A stretch of 64,000 nucleotides of DNA from Macrostomum hystrix. Its lineage: Eukaryota; Animalia; Platyhelminthes. The notes below the pieces were generated by a model. The model was not told the origin of the DNA. It saw only the letters and a list, made by a program, of their open reading frames with translations, and did not search any database. The translations under genes were made by a program, and so were the position numbers. The DNA lies in assembly GCA_950097015.1 (NCBI GenBank), contig CATNEN010000003.1, positions 11,904,001 through 11,968,000 of the forward strand. Reading direction: 5' to 3'. Each line of letters begins with the position of its first letter. The stretch's first letter is position 1. Of the stretch, positions 1-12,300 are shown piece by piece.

Positions 1-3000
1 TAGAGTGCCTCCTCCCAATGGACTGAACTGCCCAGCTCAAGCATGGCCCTGTTTGCAATGATTGGAGCTTGGCGCTTGCACATATCTAACAGGTGATGTT
101 CCTGTCTAACAGATTATTGTTCTTGTCTAACAGGTGATGTTCCTGTCTAACAGATTATTGTTCTTCTCTAACAGGTAATGTTTCTGTCTAACAGATTATT
201 GTTCTTGTCTAACAGGTGATGTTCCTGTCTAACAGATTATTGTTCTTGTCTAACAGGTGATGTTTCTGTCTAACAGATTATTGTTCTTGTCTAAGAGGTG
301 ATGTTTCTGTCTAACAGGTTATGGTTCTGTCTAACTGAAGATGTTTCTGTCTAACAGGTGATGTTTCTGTCTAACAGGTGATGTTCCTGTCTAACAGATT
401 ATTGTTCTTGTCTAACAGGTGATGTTTGTGTCTAACAGATTATTGTTCTTGTCTAACAGGTGATGTTTCTGTCTAACAGATTATTGTTCTTGTCTAACAG
501 GTGATGTTTCTGTCTAACACGTGATGTTTCTGTCTAATAGGTTATGGTTCTGTCTAACAGGTGATGTTTCTGTCTAACAGGTTATGGTTCTGTCTAACTG
601 AAGATGTTTCTGTCTAACAGGTGATTTTTCTGTCTAACAGGTGATGTTCCTGTCTAACAGGTGATGTTTCTGTCTAACTGGTGAGGTTCCTATTTTCAGG
701 TTTCTGATTCATCATCAAATCCTCAAAATAGGTTACAGAGCGGAATAGGATAATGTTTTGTACTCATTGTAAACATTGCGTACAAAAAATTAATTAAAGA
801 AGTTCTACTAAAAGTAGTCAAAAAGGTTCTGCAAGTTAACAAAGTTAAAAAAGGCAGCAAAGCGAGCTCACTTTAGCTTGGCGCCAGCGGCCGGGTTGCC
901 ATAGATACTACACTTGTGCAGATTCTCCGTGACTCCAGCGGCATTGCACAGGGACTTGTGAAATTGAAACTGCAGCAGCAGGCTGATAAAGTATCTGCGA
1001 AAATAAAAAGCAAAGATAAGAACTTTTCTCGTAGCTAAAGATTTTGCTCCCGTTATCTGAGTCAAAAGCAATTAGAAATTTTAATTTTAATTTTATTATC
1101 ACAAAATTTTCAGTCTGAATGCGGCGTGGTAAAGTCGGCAGGTAACTATGGAGATAAGAAACACAAACAAATTTAGGTTGCGAGATTTTGCACGTGATTT
1201 TTTAAAACTTAATAATTAAGTAACTCTTTAAATGGATTTTAAACTCAAAATAGTGATGCGCGAATATTTTAACGAATAAAAATCCCAAACACTGGTGTAT
1301 CAGCTTAAAAAATCCCAACTCACGTAAACCCAAATCACAGAATACAACTCGAAATTCTCAGCTGGAGTTTCAATGCTCATGAATTCGAACTGGGGAATCC
1401 CAATTTGGGAATAAAATTAGGGAATCCTAACTCGAGAATCCCGGCTTTACGAAACCTCAACTCGCAGATTACCAAACTAATATCTCAGCTGGAGGATCCA
1501 AGCCGAGGAATCCCGAATTAGTAATCCCAATTCGAGAAACTAAACCGGGAAATCCTAACTCGGGGACTCCTAAATGAGGAATCTCTGCATTAGAATCCCA
1601 ACTCAAGAATTACAAATGAGGAATCCCAACTGGGGAATCTCAACTGGGGAATCTCAACTCGGGAATTCCAACTGGGGAAACCCAACAGGGGAATCCCAAC
1701 TGGGGAATCCTAACTGGGGAATCCCAACTGGGGAATCCCAACTGGGGAATCCTAACTGGGGAATCCCAACTAGGGAATCCTAACTCAATGCGGCCCAGCT
1801 GCCGCAGCCTCACCTCATGTACTCCACATTCGCCACAACATGATAAATTGCTCCGGCGTCGAAGTCCTTCTCGGAGCGGAGCACGGGACTCGACACGCCC
1901 ATCAGCTGGCAGCGCTGATTGACCCACTCGGAGTTCCACTTGTCCTTTGGCACCTGGCCTTTGAGCAGTTTGTATCGATAATGATCAATCAGGTAACCGA
2001 ATGGCAGGTAGGCAGCCTTCTTCATCGCCATGAGGTACAGAGAGTTCAAGTAGAATTCTTCGCTTTCGCTACCAGATGTAAGCAGGCCGAGTTTTCTCAG
2101 ATGACCAGGCGTCATGACTGACAGCTCGATCGTGTCACCGATGGCCTCGTGAAATCCAGGATTGGCGCCGCCACGGAATACAACTGGCTGCTTCTCGTAC
2201 TGCTGGTAATACTGGATGTGGCCCATTTCGTGGTGAGTGACAGCTAGGAAATGACCATTGATCTCCGTGCACTGCTTGATACGGAAATCACCGCTGTTGG
2301 TGTAGAAATCCCAAGCCGATGCGTGGCAAACCATGCTAACCCCGGGGATTTTATCGATCACCGACTTAGCCCAGAAGGTGTCAGTCATGTTGCCGAGACC
2401 CAGAGAGGCGAAGAAGTCCTGGCTGACTTCGAACATCTGCTTCACAGTCCAGTTCTGCAAACGGAAATGAAGGATTGTCTAACAGGTGGTTTCGGTTGTC
2501 TAACAGGTGGTTTCGGTTGTCTAACAGGTGATTTCGGTTATCTGACAGGTGGTTTCAGTCGTCTAACAGGTGGTTTCGGTTGTCTAACACGTAGCCTTGT
2601 TTGTCTAACAGGTAGATTGTGTCTAACAGGTTTCTTGATTGTCTAACAGGTTTCTTAATTCAATAAAATGTGGTACTTTATTGTCGAACAGGTAGTGTTT
2701 ACTATCTAACACATACTTTGATTGTCAAACAGTTGACAAGGCTATCTAATAGTTAATTTTCCAACAGTCTGTTACTCACCTTCTCCTTCATAACCTTGGT
2801 CACATCGATTTGCTGCTCATTCGGAAATGGTTTAGTAAACGGCTCCAAATCGTCCCAACGACCGCCCCACATGTGGCCGAGAATGTGTCCGGGAATGTGA
2901 CCAGTCGGCGGGAAAATATTCTCAGAATATTTCTTCTTCAGAGCGTGTCTCACATAGGCGTGCAATTCTCTGTAGAGCGGCATCAGGCCTTGAAACAGGT

Positions 3001-6000
3001 CGTTCATGATCTTCTCAAAGTCCTGACCAGGTTTTGGCTCGTACCAGGATTGCCAATAAGCAGCGAAATTGGCATAGCCTGCCTGCTTGATCATCTCGTT
3101 GGCCAGGTCCACGTATTGCTCGTACTGCTGCTTCACGGGTTTGCCGCTGGCGTCTCTCCAGCGAACCCACAGTTCGCGTTTCACCTCCTCGCTGACATTC
3201 GGATCCGCCATGAGGCCAGTGACGTCTGGAATAAATCACGATTCGTAGAATTCACGATTCTTAGAACTCGATTCACGATTCTTAGAACTTGATTCACGAT
3301 TCTTAGAACTCGATTCATGATTCTTAGAATTCGATTTACGATTCTAAGAATTCAATTTACGATTATTAGAATTCGATTCATGATTCTTAGAACTCGATTC
3401 ACGATTATTAGAATTCGATTCAAGATATTTTGAAATCTCGATTCTTAGAATTAACGATCATTAGAATTCGGTTCACGATTCTTAGAATTTCGTTAATAAT
3501 TTTTTATAATTCATGATTTTATAATTCGATTTACGATTCTTAGAATTCAAAATACGATTCTAAGAATTTACGAATTTTAGAATTCAACTAGCAACCAATA
3601 CCCTGTATGGGGGAAGAAGATCGCGCTTTGAAGCCCTGAGAAGAAAAATCATTAAACTTTAATTTTCTTGATATCTCCTCGATATTGCCGTTACGCTAAC
3701 ACTTTTATAGGTCATTCCATCCTTTGACAAATCATACTACCCTCTCGTTATGTCATACTACCTTCTCAACAAAACAAATTCCCTAGAATTTAAATGCTTA
3801 TGTTCACAAATTCCATGCAATTTTCATGATATCCATTGCACGCTATCCATTGATATCTAGCGCTATATTCTTTAGTTTTCTGTTTTTCTTTGAATTATTA
3901 TTATGCTTTAAAAAACAAATGATTGCTTCCCCGCTCGAAAAAGACAGCATCATTAAAATAATTGTGCCATTTGCTCCGATTAAAATATTTTCTTCTAGTT
4001 TTTAATCTAATAACGGTTGCAGCAATCTTTAAAACACTTTTCTTTCGTTTTGAAAATAAAATAACGCAAAAAGCTCCGTATGCTCGAATAGTCTTCATTT
4101 AGTTTTGAATCCAATAGCGCTTGAAGCCATGCTAAAAATGATTCAACTAAGAACTATTTTAGCTATTTACGGATTTTTTCTAGTTCTAAATCTGATAACG
4201 CTTGCAGCTATGCTCATATAAAATATCTTTCCTTCGTTATAGCAGCGAATAACGCTAAAAGCTACGTATGATTGAACAGTCTTCATTGAGTTTTAAATCT
4301 AATAACGCTTGAAGCAATGTGCGAAAAATATAAAAACTAAAAATGATTTTTAAAAAATTTAAATTCTTCACTTTTTTTACTCTAAATTTAAAACTTTTAA
4401 AACTCTTTTTTAATAATTTTTAGTTTTAATGTTTTTCGCACATATTTTTCGCACATTTAAATTAAACGCTTGAAGCAATGTGCGAAAAAATGTGCGAAAA
4501 ATATTAAAACAATAAATTATTAACGCTTGTAGCTGTGCTCAACATTTTTTCTTCTAGTTCTGAATCTGATAAGGCTTGCAGCAATGCTCAAAAAATTCCT
4601 TAGTCTTTAGTATCGAATAGCACTTGCTCCTTCACTCGAAAAAACTTCTCACAGCAAAACAGACAGTTTCGGGCCCTATTCTAAAGATGAAAAAATGACG
4701 CTAGAAGTATGGCAGAAAATGACCGCTTTTTTCGAATATTAAATGCCTTTAGAAGCAAATGCTTCATGCTATCATGCTATCCCTTAACAAAGCTTGCTAC
4801 CCCCTTGATAATTTATGCCACTCCCTCTGCAATGTATGCTCTACCCTCGATAATTCATGCTAGTCCATTGATAAGTTATGATTCGTGCTACACCTCAATA
4901 AATTATTCGTTTCTCTTGAAAAAAATGTTTTTTTTCTCAAGGTATTATGGTATCCCCTTGAAATCTCAATCTTTCTTCTGGAAATCGCATGCCACATCAT
5001 AAAGAAATCATGATAGTCCCTAGATATGTACTGCCTAATTTCTCCACAAATTCCATACAATTTACTTGTTATCCCATGCTGCTATCTATTGATATCTAGC
5101 GCTGTATTCCTTAGATTTCATGTCTTCTTTCGAATTATTCTGCTTTCAAAAAATAAAAAAAATGATAGCTTCCCTGCCAAAACGCGTAGTTTTAAAAAGT
5201 AATGCTATTATACTCGTAGCTAGGATTAAAATATTTTCTCTAATAACGAATGCAGCAATGCTCAAAACACTTTTCTTGAGTTTAAAAAATGCTAAAAGCT
5301 ACGTGCGCTCGAACAGTTTTCGTTAAGTTTTGAATCGAATAAAGCTTAAAGCAAAAAAATTAATGCTTGAAAAATTGTGAACATTTAAAATTGATAACGC
5401 TTTTAGCAATGCTCACATAGTTCTACGAGTTATGAATCTGATACCGCATGCAGCTATGCTCAAAAATGTTTCATTCGTTTTAGGATCGAATAAAGTTAAA
5501 AGCTACCTATGCTCGAACAGTCTTCATTGAGATTTGAATCGAATAACCCTTGAAGCAATGTGCGAAAAATGTTAAAATTTAAAACTAATAACGCTTCTAG
5601 CAGTGCTCAACATGTTTTTTCTAGTTCTGTATCTGATAACGATTGCAGCAATGCTCAACTTTTTTTCCTTAGTCTTAGTATCGAATATTGCTTGCTCCTA
5701 CACTCGAAAAACTTTTCTCACAGCAAGAACAGAAATAAAATGAAGTTAACAAATGTTTGCTAGTAAATTAGAAAAAATGAAGCAGTAAATAAACTGATAC
5801 TGAAAGTTGACCTGCATTCTGCAAAATAATAAAAGTACTTTACTTCGGAGCTAGTTGACAAGAAAGAGGCACAATGATCGAAGTCGAGAGACAAGGTGTG
5901 ACAATATTAAGGCTGCAGTTTTCAGCGACAGAAAGGAAGAGGAGAGGTCCCGCTATAATTGAGAAATATGAAAGCCCAATCATTGAAATCTGCTATAATC

Positions 6001-7444
6001 ATATTACGTACGTTTTAATTATTGAAATCGAATCACTCGATCAGCTATGAGACTAGCGCGATAACTCAGGAATGGGTGCTAAAAATGACGCAATCCCATT
6101 CAATTGAGAGTATCAGCCCTGTTCTATGCTTACGAACGCACGCTCGGGCGAGAAAAGGCACCGATGCAATCTAATAAAACTGCCAGTGACGGGCCCTACG
6201 AGTATTCTAAAGATTTAAAGTGACCTTAAAAGTATAGCAGAAATCGACTGCTTCTTCGAATATTTAATGCCTTTAGAATGAAGTAAATGCTTAGAAAATA
6301 AAAGTGTACCATTCTTTTAGAGAAAGAACTGCATGCGAAAATCTGTCACTTTGGCTAGAATAACGACAAGACCACTTTTTACATTCAGTGAATCGACGCA
6401 CATATTAATGGTTCCCTTTTAGTATGATTTATAGTTATAACGATTTATATGATCCAATTTACGATTCTTACAGTTCGATTCACGATTCAATTCTACGATT
6501 CTTAGAAATTGATTCGCGATTCTTGGAATTCATGGTTCTTAGAATTTACGATTCCTAGAATTCGATTCCTTATAACTTATAATTAGATATAAAATAATAA
6601 TATTAGAAATTGGAAAAATGATTTTAGGATTTCGACTTAGATTTTGATTCCCGATGGTGTTAAAATTTAATCCCGACCAGAAAGGACTGGTTGTACTGTT
6701 TGTTATAGTCCTTGATCCGTTTTTAATCAATTTATAGATTTTTTCAATCATTTTTCGGTTCATATAATCATTTATGCCCGTATATATCGATTTTCCGTCG
6801 ATTAACCGAATAACGAATATGAATTAGGTCTCAATTTTAACTGTACTATTATCCATTACACGCCTTACCAGGTGACAATGGAATCTGCTTCTTTGTTACG
6901 GGATGTTCAACAGTTGCCGTACTCTGAATCCTGATCATATCGCTGCGAAGTTGGCTCAACTGAAATTTTGGTTTCAGCTCGCTTTATAGACAAATTCTCA
7001 TTTACAAATGGAATAAGTACAGGTTTAATCTCTCCATTCATAAAAAAAACTAATTTTCCCGAGCACATAAGACTTTAGTTGTCTCACCTTCGTCTGCTTG
7101 GCCTCATCCGTAACAATGGAAGTGCCAATGTCGGCCGCCTTTGAGAACATTCTCTTTAACCGGTCGCTGGGCAGATTAGCCCAATCAAATCTGCTGTCCA
7201 TCTCCTGTCGCTTTCTCAATAGAAATTGACTCAGCTTTAGTCTAGCCGCCAATTCAGCTCGCTCATTCTGCTGGTTGATGTCGGTGTTGTAGGCCCAGCT
7301 AGCCTCCACCACATTGTTTAGTGCAGTTCTATGCTCAGCCGTGAACTGCTCAAACCATAGTGCAGCCTCCGTCTCGTTTGTGCTTTTACAGCTAACCGAA
7401 ATAGCTAGCAAGCTAGCTGTGAAAGTCCAGATGAGAGATTTCAT
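1..7444 (-). CDS. ACE: Angiotensin-converting enzyme-like peptidase M2 (ACE-A), single domain, 3' end outside window
   Basis: Exons (minus strand): 7444-7088, 6959-6869, 3225-2780, 2454-1814, 994-872, 48-<1. All are GT-AG and frame-consistent. Signal peptide [19 protein letters not shown]; motifs [14 protein letters not shown] (HEXXH), [12 protein letters not shown] (third Zn ligand), [30 protein letters not shown]. Confidence 0.95.
85..690. repeat. Minisatellite, 20/21-bp units TGTCTAACAGGTGATGTTTC / TGTCTAACAGATTATTGTTCT, in ACE-A intron 5
   Basis: Visible tandem units; the array stops about 35 nt from the exon-6 acceptor. Confidence 0.95.
1388..1787. repeat. Minisatellite, 15-bp unit GGAATCCCAACTGGG, in ACE-A intron 4
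   Basis: Tandem units, most regular next to the donor at 1813 and degenerate leftwards. Confidence 0.9.
2476..2655. repeat. Minisatellite, 21-bp unit TGTCTAACAGGTGGTTTCGGT, in ACE-A intron 3
   Basis: Tandem units starting about 20 nt from the acceptor at 2455. Confidence 0.9.
3233..3587. repeat. Minisatellite, ~21-bp unit ATTCACGATTCTTAGAACTCG, ACE-A intron 2 (left half)
   Basis: Tandem units abutting the acceptor at 3226; the same unit resumes at 6428-6570. Confidence 0.9.
3588..6427 (-). mobile_element. Probable non-autonomous Helitron (~2.84 kb)
   Basis: The minus strand begins TCATACTAAAAGGG and ends CCCCATACAGGGTATTGGTTGCTAG (weak subterminal hairpin, CTAG end). It sits between A and T with no TSD. 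Removing it rejoins GAATTCAA|TTTATAG, resembling the flanking satellite unit GAATTCAATTTACG. The interior is AT-rich with internal duplications (about 3660-4760 vs 4910-5730) and no Rep/Hel ORF. Confidence 0.6.
6428..6570. repeat. Right half of the ACGATTCTTAGAATT minisatellite, ACE-A intron 2
   Basis: Same degenerate unit and orientation as 3233-3587. Confidence 0.8.
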
Positions 7445-7802
7445 TTTTATTCTACTGCGAAATACGTCTGTGATGCGCCACTTGCAGTTGGCAGTCACAT
7501 ACAGAATTAAAATAAGGCTAACAATTTTATAGAGAAGTTTCTAATCTTTGTTGATAATAAATTTCGTCCACTCACCATTTATTTTCGGTTACCATGCAAT
7601 GAAAGGCACGTTGGTATTTCATGACCTCAGGCCCATACTAAATTTTTCGTCCTTTTTGCGAGCATGTTGGCCAACCTTAAAGTCACACTGCAATTGAACA
7701 CTATGAGTATGTGTGCCTGATTTACGAATAATTGGCCTGTTGGCAATGCGTCTGTGGGTAATCCATCTGCGGACAATTGGTCTGTGGACAATTCGTCTAT
7801 GA

Positions 7803-8086
7803 CAGGAGGGCTGCAGGAAATGGCATGTCATTTCCTGAGCACACACGCACACAGATACTGTACGCAGGCACACGCTCACACAGGTGTGTACATCTGCCCT
7901 GACTTTCTCATCGTCAGGCAGTGTGCACTCTCACTGTGCCTTGGAGGTTGGCCCTCAAGGGTGTGTCGCACGACAAGCCCCCAGCCTTCTCTCCGCGGCT
8001 GCACCCCAAATAAATGTGGCCTCGCCGCGGAATCGAGCACAAGGACCTTGGTGCCAGAGGCAAATGCGTTAACCGCTCTAGCACTC
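7803..8086 (-). mobile_element. tRNA-derived SINE family 1 copy (internally deleted)
   Basis: Aligns by eye with the copies at 19455, 20889, 35888 and 52481. Confidence 0.85.
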
Positions 8087-8287
8087 ACATTTTTTCTAAC
8101 TAATAGGTCAGGGGTTCGAAAACCTCAATCAGCACAACAGTTTTCAACATGCTTGTAAATAACTTTCAACATGCATAGTGTCCTGTCATTTTTGTTTTAA
8201 TTAGTTCGTGCAGAACACTACCTACACTGTACTAGGTTAAATTTCTATTTGAAAGTTTAATTACAACAGAATATCTAGCCTATAGAT

Positions 8288-8982
8288 CGGGGGGTCGGCA
8301 AACACCGGCCCGCGGGCCAGATGCGGCCCTCGAAGCTCCCAAATCCGGCCCTTTGCCCCTTCCGACACCTACAGTCTCCTGTCTTATCTCTCCCGTGTCT
8401 CATCTCTCCCATGTCTTATCTCTCCCATGTCTTATCTCTCCCGTGTCTCATCTCTCCCGTGTCTCATCTCTCCCATGTCTTATCTCTCCCGTGTCTCATC
8501 TCTCCCGTGTCTCATCTCTCCCGTGTCTTATCTCTCCCGTGTCTCATCTCTCCCGTGTCTTATCTCTCCCGTGTCTCATCTCTCCCGTGTCTCATCTCTC
8601 CCGTGTCTCATCTCTCCCGTGTCTCATCTCTCCCATGTCTTATCTCTCCCGTGTCTCATCTCTCCCGTGTCTCATCTCTCCCGTGTCTCATCTCTCCCGT
8701 GTCTCATCTCTCCCATGTCTTATCTCTCCCGTGTCTCATCTCTCCCGTGTCTTATCTCTCCCGTGTCTCATCTCTCCCATGTCTTATCTCTCCCGTGTCT
8801 CACCTCTCCCATGTCTTATCTCTCCCGTGTCTCATCTCTCCCGTGTCTCATCTCTCCCGTGTCTCATCTCTCCCGTGTCTTATCTCTCCCGTGTCTCATC
8901 TCTCCCGTGTCTTATCTCTCCCGTGTCTCATCTCTCCCGTGTCTCATCTCTACCGTGTCTCATCTCTCCTGTGTCTCATCTC
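8288..8982 (+). mobile_element. 3'-truncated hAT (Charlie-like) MITE with expanded 16-bp minisatellite GTCTCATCTCTCCCGT
   Basis: The first ~95 nt nearly match the left end of the complete element at 34890; the array spans ~8380-8982; no right TIR is visible. Confidence 0.85.
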
Positions 8983-9312
8983 GTTAAAATATCGTTAAAA
9001 TATCTCGTTAAAATATCGTTAAATATTTAACGATTCGGAGTTTTTTGCCTTGCATTTTGCGCATCAACTTCGAAAACAGGAATTTTCGGGGAATTTAGCG
9101 CTAGGTGCCAAAAACGCGATGCGCTTGAACCACAGAGGAAGAAATCGGCAGAAATGGCCAACGCATTTCTGATTGGGCCGAGGAAAGCCATAAAAATCTG
9201 TCTATAAAATGCTAACAAGTTTTGGAAAATTTTAATCCATTGCACTAATTGCGCATTTTTTTCTGTTTGAAAAATCAAGCCCAACATTGCTGCCGTTGGT
9301 TACCAAAAGAAT

Positions 9313-12300
9313 ATGCCACTGTTGAATAAGAATAGTCTTATAACTTACCTTTGTCTCTTGTCGGCACTGACACTGCGGGCTCAATGTTTGAGTACTGATG
9401 AAGCTCAAGCCAAGATCTGGTTGGATAATTTCAACGAACAGCATCGAATATTGCTAGTTGAGTATACACAAGCAGGTTGGAATTTTCAGGTCAGTCTGAG
9501 CGGGGACACAGAGCAGAGAATGCTTGATGCTGAGGTCAAGTACAACAAGTTTCTAAGAAATAAACGATTGGAAATGGACCAGCTTTTTGATTGGCGGCGA
9601 TTTGAAAATGCAACTTTGACAAGAATGTTTGATAGGGCTGCAGATATTGGACTGTCAGCTGCTAAGGACGTTTCGAAGTTAAGCAAGGTGAGTTTCAATT
9701 CAGATTGCTGTCCACCAACTCGATCAATGTCAGATTGATGCTGTCTAAATAATTCGACCCCTGTCACTCATAATATACAAATAGTAACTGTTTAAATTTC
9801 AGTTAAGCAGTTTGATCAACAACATGTCAAGAATCTACAGTATGGCAACTGTTTTGGATCCTATTAGCAACAAACTGATTCCTTATTCGCCCAGTAAGAA
9901 TATTTTGTGAAGCATTTTAACTTGATGACTCTCTGTTTTACAAACTTTGGTCATGTCTCCACTCCAGATATCACCGGTATGATGGGCGCCATCGCTGTAC
10001 CTGAGGAGGTGAAACGGCAGCTGTGGTCGCGCTGGAGAGATGCCACTGGAAAGCGTATCAGGCGGATGTATGAAAGCTACGTCGAGTTGTCTAATGATTT
10101 AATTAAGGATGCCGGATTTGAGAACTACGCCCAGTACTGGCAGTCGCAGTACGAGCCGCGAGACGGTGAAGACTTTGAAAACACTATGTACAACCTGTGG
10201 CTTGAGGTGGAACCATTTTATCGAGAGCTGCATGCATACGTTCGACACGCGCTACAAACTAGACTGTATTCATCAAAAATCTTTCCCTCAACTGGTCACA
10301 TTCCCGGACATATCCTGGGTCACATAAGCGCCGGCAGATGGACCGATCTAGGTCACGTGACGCTACCGCACCCGGATGTGCCGAGCCTCGATGTGACCAG
10401 CGAGATGAAGAGACAGGTAAGGATCTGTTTTATCTGGCGAGTGTCTAGTTTATCAGTTGAGTGTCTGGTTTATCTGGCGAGTGTCTGGTTTATCAGTTGA
10501 GTGTCTGATTTATCTGGCCAGTGTCTGGTTTATCAGTTGAGTGTCTGGTTTATCTGGCGAGTGTCTGGTTTATCAGTTGAGTGTCTGATTTATCTGGCGA
10601 GTGTCTGGTTTATCAGTTGAGTGTCTGGTTTATCTGGCGAGTGTCTGGTTTATCAGTTGAGTGTCTGGTTTATCTGGCGAGTGTCTGGTTTATCAGTTGA
10701 GTGTCTGGTTTATCTGGCGAGTGTCTGGTTTATCAGTTGAGTGTCTCATTTATCTGGCGAGTGTCTGGTTTATCAGTTGAGTGTCTGATTTATCTGGCGA
10801 GTGTCTGGTTTATCAGTTGAGTGTCTGGTTTATCTGGCGAGTGTCTGATTTATCTGGCGAGTGTCTGGTTTATCAGTTGAGTGTCTGGTTTATCAGTTGA
10901 GTGTCTGGTTTATCAGTTGAGTGTCTGGTTTATCAGTTGAGTGTCTGGTTTATCTGGCGAGTGTCTGGTTTATCAGTTGAGTGTCTGGTTTATCTGGCGA
11001 GTGTCTGGTTTATCAGTTGAGTGTCTGATTTATCTGGCCAGTGTCTGGTTTATCAGTTGAGTGTCTGGTTTATCTGGCGAGTGTCTGGTTTATCAGTTGA
11101 GTGTCTGGTTTATCATTTGAGTGTCTGGTTTATCATTTGAGTGTCTGATTTATCTGGCGAGTGTCTGGTTTATCTGGCGAGTGTCTGGTTTATCATTCGA
11201 GTGTCTGATCTATCTGGCGAGTGTCTGGTTTATCAGTTGAGTGTCTGGTTTATCTGGCGAGTGACTGGTTTATCAGTTGAGTGTCTGATTTATCTGGCGA
11301 GTGTCTGGTTTATCAGTTGAGTGTCTGGTTTATCATTTGAGTGTCTGATTTATCAGTTGAGTGTCTGGTTTATCAGTTGAGTGTCTGGTTTATCTGGCGA
11401 GTGTCTGGTTTATCAGTTGAGTGTCTGGTTTATCTGGCGATTGACTGTTTTTTCTGATGATTGAATACTGGTATTGAAACAGGTAAGTTTCAATCAATAT
11501 TGAAATCAAGACCATCCTCAAAGCAGAACTGGACAGCCAGGCGAATATTTCAAGTCAGTGAAAGCTTCTATGCCTCACTGGGTCTTGGTCGCATGACAGA
11601 CAGCTTCTGGAACAAATCGATCATTGAGAGGCCTCACGGTGCTAGGATGGTGTGCCACCCTTCAGCCTGGGATTTTTCCACAAACAATGGCGACTTCCGC
11701 ATTAAACAGTGCACCGCAATAGACATCAACCATTTGATTATAACCCATCACGAGATGGGCCACGTACAGTACTACATGCAGTACGAGACGCTGCCTCTGC
11801 AATTTCGCGGCGGCGCCAACCCGGGATTTCACGAGGCCGTTGGAGACACAATCGAACTATCTGTGATGACTCCGACCTATCTGAGAAAGATTGGCCTACT
11901 AAAGTCCGAAAGTGATTCTGATGAGTTCTATACTAATTATCTCTACCTGATGGCTTTAAAGAAGGTGGTTAATCTACCATTTGGCTACCTGGTGGATCAC
12001 TATCGCTACAAACTATTCAAAGGCGAGGTGCCTAAAGATCAATGGAACTCTAAATGGGTCAATCTACGGTGTAAACTGATGGGCGTAGCAGCTCCCGTGC
12101 CGAGAACTGAGCAGGATTTTGATGCCGGCGCAATTTATCACGTTGCTGCCGATATTGAATACATGAGGTTTGTCTGATTCGCCTTTTTGATAAACCATTT
12201 TCATATGCACTCATTTAATCAATGGAGACACCACTCACCAACCCCTGAATTGGTGGTGTCACTCACATAAATCCAAGGTGTCACTCACCCAAATCCAAGG

